From positions 573,009-637,008 of the forward strand of contig OZ246402.1 in NCBI GenBank assembly GCA_965230975.1: 64,000 nt of DNA. The letters are read 5' to 3'. The notes under the pieces are model-generated. The model made no database searches and was not told where the DNA came from. It saw only the letters and a list, made by a program, of their open reading frames with translations. This document shows positions 57,255 through 64,000 of this stretch, in pieces. Source of the DNA: an uncultured Candidatus Saccharibacteria bacterium. Its GTDB lineage: Bacteria > Patescibacteriota > Dojkabacteria > J137. Every line of letters begins with the position of its first letter. Within the stretch, counting starts at the first letter, position 1. The position numbers were made by a program, and so were the translations under genes.

Positions 57255-57500
57255 GAGACAGGATTCACCCATCCGGGCATCTCAATTTTCTAGAATTCGC
57301 CAAATAGTTTTAAGTAGCTCATTAAGAAAATTAGAGACGAACCTTGTTCTCATCCTGGTTTTCTTTCTTTGCTCAAATTTGCCACAATATACAATTGTGT
57401 CAAACCTGAGAACGGGACACACGGGTCTGGAACCGTAGTCACCACTAAGATTATATCCAAAAATGAGACATTTGAGACATATAAAAAAGGAGTATCAAAT

Positions 57501-58211
57501 TTATGATTCTGGAGTATCGCCAACCAGTAATCTTAATTGGGAGATAATTTGGTCCAATTCCCCATCTTTATTAGAAATATAATTAGAAAATAAATGTCTT
57601 TTTGCAAGAATAGCTCGTGCATTTCTAATTCGACCCTGAAATTCAACCTCACTTTCTCCTCGATCTCTTAGTGAAAGTCTACTTGAAATTACCTCTAAAG
57701 CTTTTTCTACTCCATTCTCACCTTCAATTTCTTCAGTAGTAATAGGACTTATAAAGCAATCATAAATTGGAATATTAAGTCTCTTGAAGATATCTTTCAA
57801 AAGTAGAGCTCCATCAACGTCAATATCTAAGATTAAACGGTTTCCATTGTTCAAAGCCACTAGTATATCATCTAAGCTTGTTCCATAGTATCCTTGCCCA
57901 TATTTACTCCATTCTAATAGCTTATTTTTATTTACTTGGTCTAGGAAGTCACTTTCATCTAAGGAATGATAATTAGATTCATTAGGATTCATACTTTTAG
58001 TCGTCGTTCTATTAACTTTAGTATATCCTCGATTGCTTGCCATAAGTTTTTCAATTATAGAACTTTTACCAACTCCATTAGGGCCAGTAATCAAAATAAC
58101 TTGAAAGTTATGTTCACCTAGGCGTTCAGATAAAGTTAGAAAATTAATCTTATCTACAGTTTGGTTCTGTCCCCATTTATAATTTCTATCTAAGTCCATA
58201 ATTATCATCAA
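57501..58211 (-). CDS. guanylate-kinase-like P-loop NMP kinase
   Basis: P-loop GPNGVGKSS, TTK...ESNYHSLDESDF, and LEWSKYGQGYYGT parallel Gmk motifs; carries a ~35-aa N-terminal extension. Confidence 0.6.
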   Translation of the reverse strand: MMIIMDLDRNYKWGQNQTVDKINFLTLSERLGEHNFQVILITGPNGVGKSSIIEKLMASNRGYTKVNRTTTKSMNPNESNYHSLDESDFLDQVNKNKLLEWSKYGQGYYGTSLDDILVALNNGNRLILDIDVDGALLLKDIFKRLNIPIYDCFISPITTEEIEGENGVEKALEVISSRLSLRDRGESEVEFQGRIRNARAILAKRHLFSNYISNKDGELDQIISQLRLLVGDTPES

Positions 58212-59073
58212 TTAAATGTAATCTGCGTTCAATTTCTTCTATATCAATAGGAAACTCTATCATCCCTTCGTGCTCAACACTTATACTCGAGAGAGCATTT
58301 GCAAATTCAATAGATTCTTTTAATGCTGCAGATTGATTTAATTTAAATATAAAACCTGCTCTCCAAACATCTCCTGCTCCAGTTGGATCTATAGAATTTG
58401 TACGATAGGTTGGAAAGATTTGTTCTAATTCAGCAGTAACTAATTTGACTCCGCCTGCTCCCAAGGTTTCAATTACTACTTTTTTATTGTCAGTTAATTC
58501 TTTGGGAGACATCTTCAATCTTGACTGAATTCTTTCCCATTCGGCATGATTAGCAATTACAATACTAGAATTAGTTATACCACTTAATAATTCCTCGTCA
58601 GATAAATTATGTAATATCATTCCTGGATCATACATATAAGTACATTTTGATTCGATTAATATTCTTTGAACTGTGAGAAATAAACTTTTATCAATAGGTG
58701 AGAGTATTGTAAAGTCAGTTGATAAGAAAGGTGGAAGTAATTCCGGATCAATTAGTCTAGATAGTCTATCCTCAAATCTTAACCAGTCTTGGTGACCATC
58801 AGAGTATGTATTTACTTCTCCTTCTGAAGTAGAAGATCTTTCAAATACAAATAAATTTGCAACATCAACACCTACTTCAGCTAAAGTATTTCTCAGAACT
58901 TCTCCATTAGATCCTATCGCGCCAATTAAACTTATTTTATTTTCTGATAGGCGAGCTAAAGTATGAGCTATTGTGAATCCAGTGCCTCCTAGAAAAATTT
59001 CTGAAGATATATTTCTGTCTAAATAGTTATTTTTTACAAATCCAACTGAACCAATAATATTTATATGTGCCAT
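58186..59073 (-). CDS. PfkB-family sugar/nucleoside kinase
   Basis: DPTGAGDVWRAGF ATP-binding motif. ORF is open to 59115, but the ATG at 59073 (MAHINIIGSVG) sits 1 nt after the upstream stop. Confidence 0.8.
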   Translation of the reverse strand: MAHINIIGSVGFVKNNYLDRNISSEIFLGGTGFTIAHTLARLSENKISLIGAIGSNGEVLRNTLAEVGVDVANLFVFERSSTSEGEVNTYSDGHQDWLRFEDRLSRLIDPELLPPFLSTDFTILSPIDKSLFLTVQRILIESKCTYMYDPGMILHNLSDEELLSGITNSSIVIANHAEWERIQSRLKMSPKELTDNKKVVIETLGAGGVKLVTAELEQIFPTYRTNSIDPTGAGDVWRAGFIFKLNQSAALKESIEFANALSSISVEHEGMIEFPIDIEEIERRLHLIDDNYGLR

Positions 59074-59074
59074 A

Positions 59075-59662
59075 CTATTTTTTATCACCAAATATCCTTC
59101 TGAATTCTTTATCAACTAACTTTCTTATTAATTCGGCTTTGCTAACTTCAAGATTTGTAGAGAGTTGTTCCATTTGTTTAAGTGTATTTGTTTTTAAAAC
59201 TACATTAAATCTTCTCTTTGGGGGATCAAGTTCGTCGATGTATTCAATAATCACATCTTCTAATTTATCTAAGTCCTTATATCTTCTAACGGTAACGAAG
59301 TCTTCTCCATACGAAAGAAGTGTTTCTGGAAATTCATTATATTTATCCTCATGAACAAGACAAAGTACAGGAATTTTATTTTCTAATGCTAATATTGTCT
59401 GAAAGAATACAGTTCTTGATTTATCAGTGAAGTATGCAACAGCAAAATCAATAGATCTAATTTGTTTTTGCGTCCCATCTACAATCGAATCTGTTTTATT
59501 CCTAACAGTTTTCTTGATAGCTGGTGGATATTCGTCAACAAATGCTGGATTATACATAGATACTCCTTGTGCACGAATTATATTTGCTATTTTTCTATAT
59601 ATTTCTATATTCAGATCTATATTTTTTATTGAAGCAAATAATCCAAATCTTTTAGCTTTCAT
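59075..59662 (-). CDS. nucleoside 2-deoxyribosyltransferase-like Rossmann domain fused to a C-terminal ribbon-helix-helix
   Basis: N-terminal FGLFASI...IRSIDFAVAYF...IPVLCLV pattern; C-terminal RFNVVLKTNTLKQMEQLSTNLEVSKAELIRKLV is CopG/RHH-like. Confidence 0.4.
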   Translation of the reverse strand: MKAKRFGLFASIKNIDLNIEIYRKIANIIRAQGVSMYNPAFVDEYPPAIKKTVRNKTDSIVDGTQKQIRSIDFAVAYFTDKSRTVFFQTILALENKIPVLCLVHEDKYNEFPETLLSYGEDFVTVRRYKDLDKLEDVIIEYIDELDPPKRRFNVVLKTNTLKQMEQLSTNLEVSKAELIRKLVDKEFRRIFGDKK

Positions 59663-60453
59663 AGTTTATAAAAATATTTAAGAACAATATTAAATAATCT
59701 TTTAGGTAAGTGACATTTACAAAATGCCAGAACTTTATCCCTATAGCTAACAAACTGAGATCTATTAGATTCAAAAATTATTGACTCTACGAGCTTAGCT
59801 ACATCTTCAGCTTTATTTCTGTCACTAAAAAAGTTTCTAAATCGTATTTGCCATTCCTCATATAGACTTTTGTATATACTATTTTCTATATTAATTGTTT
59901 CAATTATATTTTTGCCAAAACTACTTTTCACAGCACCTAAATAAATATTAGCTACTTTTATTTCAGATTCCTCGTTTAGAATGTCCAGAGTTTTACTAAA
60001 TGCCAGTTTAGATATTTCGTAATAGCCAAATGTAGGTATGTCTAATAATGAGCCTAAGGCTGCTAAATTTATTACTATTCCTTGGTTACTACGCAATTTG
60101 GGAATCAGAGATTTTAATAATTCTGTTGGACCGAAATAATTTATTTCAAATTGCTTACGAATATTCTCTATACTTAAGTCTTCGATAGTCCCTCTAAAAC
60201 CAACACCCGCATTGTTTATAAATATGTCTACTTGTTCATCTTTAAGTAAATTTATAACTTTCGGTATGCTATTAGAGTTACCTAAATCAACTTCAATAAA
60301 TTTATAATTGGACGGTTGTGAATCTATATTATTTCTACCTAATCCGATTATCTCCACATCATTTCTACTAGACAGCAAGGAAACAATAGAGTATCCAATG
60401 CCTGAACTGACTCCTGTGATAATGATTTTTTTCCTTTTATTTGATTGATTCAT
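59659..60453 (-). CDS. short-chain dehydrogenase/reductase (SDR)
   Basis: TGVSSGIG cofactor motif, NNAG, catalytic YEISK (YxxxK). Confidence 0.85.
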   Translation of the reverse strand: MNQSNKRKKIIITGVSSGIGYSIVSLLSSRNDVEIIGLGRNNIDSQPSNYKFIEVDLGNSNSIPKVINLLKDEQVDIFINNAGVGFRGTIEDLSIENIRKQFEINYFGPTELLKSLIPKLRSNQGIVINLAALGSLLDIPTFGYYEISKLAFSKTLDILNEESEIKVANIYLGAVKSSFGKNIIETINIENSIYKSLYEEWQIRFRNFFSDRNKAEDVAKLVESIIFESNRSQFVSYRDKVLAFCKCHLPKRLFNIVLKYFYKL

Positions 60454-61381
60454 CTTTAGCTAAACTTAGTAATAATCCAGTTGAAATATTGTTGTTACTT
60501 GGAAAAATTCTATTTATTTTTAAATATTCGCAGATTGCAAATATATTCATAAGCGCCTTATCTGCTGCCCACATATAATAAGGTTCGTCTGGGTAAAGAG
60601 GCATTCTATCTTCATAACTTAAACTAATTAGTTTCTCGTAAAGAGGTTTTAATTCTTCAACAGTTGTTTCGAACTTATGAGCACCAGTATTGTCAGAAGG
60701 TATTAGATTAAGATTCATTGCTTTAAAGAAATCTATAATGTTTGTACTTCCATAAACTAACAGTTCAGGTTGATTCTTTCCCTCAGTTAGAGATTTTAAC
60801 TGTTCTTTGACATAATCATAAGCTGCATTTACTTCCTCTTCACTAGGATGATGTGTTTTAGAGAATCTTTCTTGTAGATAATAAGTCCCTGTTTTAAATA
60901 AGAATGTTTGGAATATTTCTTCATCTTTTCCAATAACGACCTGAACACTTCCTCCTCCAATATCTGAAACTGCAATCACTTTACCGGGAAAATCTTTAGA
61001 AACTGAATGAAAGTAGACTTTTGCTTCATCGTCATGAGAAAGTGTTATTAATGAAATCTCAGTCTCTTGTTTTATCTTTTTTAAAACCTCATCTGCATTT
61101 TTTGCCTTTCGAATAGCTTCTGTGGTAACTCCAACATATTTGTTAACTCCAAATTCATTCATTTTTTCTTTGAAAAGTTTAAGAGCCTCAATTGTTTTAT
61201 CAATAGATTTCTCAATGATTGTATTATCAGTTTTATCAAGATCTCTTCCAAGAACAGTTAATTGTTTATCTTTATAAACTAATTCTGAATTGTAATTCGA
61301 ATCAAATTCTCTAATTTCGAACTTTGATTTTAATGTTCCAACATCTATCACAGCAACTTTTTTCTTTTTATTTTCTGACAT
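60437..61381 (-). CDS. Ppx/GppA-family phosphatase (ASKHA fold, short form)
   Basis: VAVIDVGTLKSKF and VSDIGGGSVQVV phosphate-binding loops; 314 aa, so only the two N-terminal domains. Confidence 0.7.
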   Translation of the reverse strand: MSENKKKKVAVIDVGTLKSKFEIREFDSNYNSELVYKDKQLTVLGRDLDKTDNTIIEKSIDKTIEALKLFKEKMNEFGVNKYVGVTTEAIRKAKNADEVLKKIKQETEISLITLSHDDEAKVYFHSVSKDFPGKVIAVSDIGGGSVQVVIGKDEEIFQTFLFKTGTYYLQERFSKTHHPSEEEVNAAYDYVKEQLKSLTEGKNQPELLVYGSTNIIDFFKAMNLNLIPSDNTGAHKFETTVEELKPLYEKLISLSYEDRMPLYPDEPYYMWAADKALMNIFAICEYLKINRIFPSNNNISTGLLLSLAKDESIK

Positions 61382-62666
61382 AAAAATAATTTTTTAATAA
61401 GTAATAATTTTGAGATAGATTAGATCGTAAAAAGCTACCACTAACAATATTAACGGTTTTTACATCTTCAATATCTTTTATTGTTTCTAAATCTACACTT
61501 CTATCTATTGTAATCGAAACAGGTCCCTTATATGCGTAGTTAATCATTTTGTGAGCTCGATTAAAATTAGATACTCGTTCAGTGTGATTCTTTGATTGAA
61601 GACAGACTAATGTTTCGTCTTTAATAAATTTTTCCCAAGGAAATAACTCATCAATTAAATCTTTAACGTCAAGGCTATAGTTTATTTTTTCAATAGTTAA
61701 TTTCTCGGTTTCAAATTTATCATAATTATCTCGGTTAATATGAAGAAAGATCTTACTACTTATATCTGTTTCTATATCTAAAAATTTGATCATTTGTTCA
61801 TACGATTCTTCTGATTTTGCAAATATGTGATAGTGAACATTAATGTGCGATGATTTCTCCCTTATATTTTTTATCAATTCTAATGTTAGATTAAGATTAG
61901 TGGATTGTTCGACAAATCCATCGGTGATATCTATATGTAAAAAATCAATTTTAGCTAATATTGCCTCATCGAGTGTATCAATATTTTGCTGAACAATATC
62001 TTGTATGGCATATCCAACTTGGTGATTTGAGATAATACTTTCTTTGTATAAAAGTTTAGCAATTGTGGACATTTTATTAGCATCTGTATTTTCAAATTCT
62101 GTTTTAGTAGCGGCTTTTATATTAGATTGTATATCAAAGCCATAAATATCAAGATCGATATACTTATAAAGATTTTCAGCTGCAATTCCACCTGCGAGAA
62201 AGATATTTTTTATATTGAGACTTTTAACTAGAGTATTTACTTTATCAAAACCTATTTCTTTTCCTGTACCTCCAACAAAGGATTTATCTAAAATATAGTT
62301 ATCTGCGTTTTTATTAGGTTTATCACTTTCAGATATAAGTACTTGAAATATTTCAACACTATCTCCATAGACACCTTTTAGATTGTCAATAATCTCATTT
62401 GAGTTAGAGTAATGTAGTTGAACAGCATCAAACTCCATGGAATTAATTAATTCTATAAGTGTCTCTAATTTTGTTTCCTTAGTAACCAAAACAGATTTGG
62501 TATCGGGATAAAACATTTTTAATTCCTTTATACAAATCTTGATCAGATCTAATCTTTTAAAATCATTTTCTGAAATAAGGTGAAACCCAAGATAATCTAT
62601 ACCTAGTTTTCCTGCAGTTCTTGTTTCGAAAATATTTTTTATATCGCAAAATTTAATTTTCTTCAT
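61368..62666 (-). CDS. fusion of a TrpF-like (phosphoribosylanthranilate-isomerase-like) barrel and a ribulose-phosphate-3-epimerase-like barrel
   Basis: N-half: KFCDI, AVQLH, GGTGKEIGFD, FLAGGI and GFDIQSNIK align with TrpF including the catalytic Cys and Asp. C-half: FLHIDITDGFVEQ and VSGSFL resemble RPE. Confidence 0.55.
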   Translation of the reverse strand: MKKIKFCDIKNIFETRTAGKLGIDYLGFHLISENDFKRLDLIKICIKELKMFYPDTKSVLVTKETKLETLIELINSMEFDAVQLHYSNSNEIIDNLKGVYGDSVEIFQVLISESDKPNKNADNYILDKSFVGGTGKEIGFDKVNTLVKSLNIKNIFLAGGIAAENLYKYIDLDIYGFDIQSNIKAATKTEFENTDANKMSTIAKLLYKESIISNHQVGYAIQDIVQQNIDTLDEAILAKIDFLHIDITDGFVEQSTNLNLTLELIKNIREKSSHINVHYHIFAKSEESYEQMIKFLDIETDISSKIFLHINRDNYDKFETEKLTIEKINYSLDVKDLIDELFPWEKFIKDETLVCLQSKNHTERVSNFNRAHKMINYAYKGPVSITIDRSVDLETIKDIEDVKTVNIVSGSFLRSNLSQNYYLLKNYFYVRK

Positions 62667-63352
62667 AGTAGATTATTTATAACATTCAACATGTCTGATT
62701 TGTAATCAGCTAATATAAACTTTGACCCAGCATTTAGTGCAAATTCCCTATCAATTAGATCATTATCACCAATATAATAATCCATCTTTACTCCAGAAAC
62801 ACTGTTCAGCTTATAAGCACCAAAACTATCAGGCTTATCTTTTAATATTTGACCTTCATATAAATCTTCTTCACCAATAATTACATCAAAAAAATCAATT
62901 AGATTGGCTTTAATTAATAGTGAAGTCACAATAGTCTTTCTAGTTGAACTAACAATTCCAATCTTTATATTTTTACTTTTAAGTGCAATTAATGCTGGAG
63001 TCAGATTCAGAGCAATTTGCTCTAATAAAGAATAGGTTTCTTCTTCAAGAATTGCTTTTATAGTTGCACTTTCTTTTAAACCCATAATTCTTTTTACTAT
63101 TTCATCTTCATTTTTTTCATTAAAATAAATACTGATCTGTTCTTTCATTCGAAAGTTGTTATCTAGAAATCCTTTCTTAATTCTTCGATAACTGTCAAAT
63201 CTTTCTCGGAGATTTGGTTCATAAGGAAGTAAATCTTCCAATAGAAAATTTATCCTCAAATCTTTTAAAGCAGATTCCCATCCTCTCTTATGAAAGCTGG
63301 TAGATTTTGCTATTGTTCCATCGAAATCAAATACAATAAACATATTAATCAA
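62663..63352 (-). CDS. HAD-IA family phosphatase
   Basis: Motif I FDFDGTIA, motif II GIVSST, motif IV GDNDLID. Confidence 0.8.
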   Translation of the reverse strand: MINMFIVFDFDGTIAKSTSFHKRGWESALKDLRINFLLEDLLPYEPNLRERFDSYRRIKKGFLDNNFRMKEQISIYFNEKNEDEIVKRIMGLKESATIKAILEEETYSLLEQIALNLTPALIALKSKNIKIGIVSSTRKTIVTSLLIKANLIDFFDVIIGEEDLYEGQILKDKPDSFGAYKLNSVSGVKMDYYIGDNDLIDREFALNAGSKFILADYKSDMLNVINNLL

Positions 63353-64000
63353 TATAATTTTTTAATAAACTAATTATTTTTTGTTTCTCTTTATCAAAAA
63401 CTCCTTGACGATTAGTATAACTAAATTTTTTATAAGTACCTGTGAAATTACTTGTGTAAGTAACTATTGCCTTTTCTAATACTTCGGGATTTACTCCTCC
63501 ATGATATGGTCTGATGAGATGATGATACCTATTAGTATTTTTAAATGATACAACAGCTAGAAAAGCTTCTTTAATATTTTTTGGATACAAATCTAAGAAG
63601 GTTTGAATTGTCTTTCCAGTTGTGGTCGAATCATCTAGGATTAAGACCTTATCAAAGCCTTGAAAATAGTTCTCATTATAAAAAGGTGGTAAAGAGTCAT
63701 CTAGATCTTGAACATAATTTGAACTTCCAGTTGAGTAGTTTGAAAGTGAGCAAATAATCTGACTTTCTAATGATTTATTTATGGTCATTCTAAAAGCATT
63801 AACAGCAAACGGAAGTTCCATTCCACCATATGCGAAACTCACAAGAAGAGTGTTAGATGGAATATATTGATCCGATACAACTTTAGCAAAATTTATAATT
63901 TTGTAAGGATGGCTACATTCTCTTATCTTCCTAATAATGTTGTTTTCCCAATGCTCACTAAATAGAGATCGAGAAGAGATCTCACTACAAAATCTCTTGT
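63345..64000 (-). CDS. type I phosphoribosyltransferase (5' end lies outside the window)
   Basis: PRPP-binding motif VLILDDSTTTGKT. By hand translation the frame stays open upstream of the track's GTG start all the way to position 64000. Confidence 0.7.
   Translation of the reverse strand, partial: KRFCSEISSRSLFSEHWENNIIRKIRECSHPYKIINFAKVVSDQYIPSNTLLVSFAYGGMELPFAVNAFRMTINKSLESQIICSLSNYSTGSSNYVQDLDDSLPPFYNENYFQGFDKVLILDDSTTTGKTIQTFLDLYPKNIKEAFLAVVSFKNTNRYHHLIRPYHGGVNPEVLEKAIVTYTSNFTGTYKKFSYTNRQGVFDKEKQKIISLLKNYID

Noticed and set aside
57404-57444. TPP-riboswitch-like ACCTGAGA / CTGAGA string
   Set aside because: Only the short CTGAGA/ACCTGA words are present. The flanking helices and the conserved GGG/pyrimidine-sensor elements of the THI-box are missing, and no thiamine-related gene is downstream.
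1-64000. Alternative genetic code (for example UGA or UAG reassignment, as in some candidate phyla)
   Set aside because: Long motif-bearing ORFs end at TGA, TAG and TAA alike (for example the ATGA overlap at 4192-4195 and the TAG stops at 1249, 20508 and 29102). Conserved proteins are full length under the standard code.

Overview
This is an AT-rich (about one-third G+C by eye), gene-dense 64-kb bacterial segment that reads cleanly in the standard code. TAA, TAG and TGA all end good ORFs, and ATGA/TAATG start-stop overlaps are common. It mixes many small helical proteins with no recognisable family, giant surface proteins, peptidoglycan genes (murF-like, ddl), transporters, and repair and salvage enzymes. 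That mix fits an uncultivated small-genome lineage such as CPR/Patescibacteria, but this is inference only.

Contents, left to right:
- a tRNA-Gly(UCC) locus preceded by two extra exact copies of the tRNA 5' half
- a HAD hydrolase, a GNAT, small hypotheticals and pepF
- a gldA/gldF-gldG-like ABC system, a CaCA antiporter, transketolase, radA and a 3-methyladenine glycosylase
- an orphan ligase-associated exonuclease with a NUDIX protein, a surface protein and an rlmI-like methyltransferase
- a DNA-damage island: yhcG-like nuclease, umuC, then three unrelated ORFs, then umuD, rarA and a stand-alone LigD polymerase domain
- a natAB-like ABC pair, mscL, a murF-like gene and ddl
- a 1383-aa DUF2341/LamG/FN3 protein coupled to a fused MacB-type ABC transporter
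- a decayed nucleotidyltransferase gene and a processive GT2 exopolysaccharide operon
- an accessory stretch of unknown proteins carrying 45-nt direct repeats
- at the right edge (truncated), a tightly overlapping eight-gene minus-strand operon: PRTase, HAD, TrpF-like/RPE-like fusion, Ppx/GppA, SDR, NDT-like+RHH, PfkB kinase and guanylate-kinase-like

That last operon is my best candidate for an undescribed ribose-phosphate or nucleotide-modifying pathway. I found no CRISPR array, rRNA, transposase, integrase or reverse transcriptase. All functional calls rest on motif recognition by eye and need profile searches.
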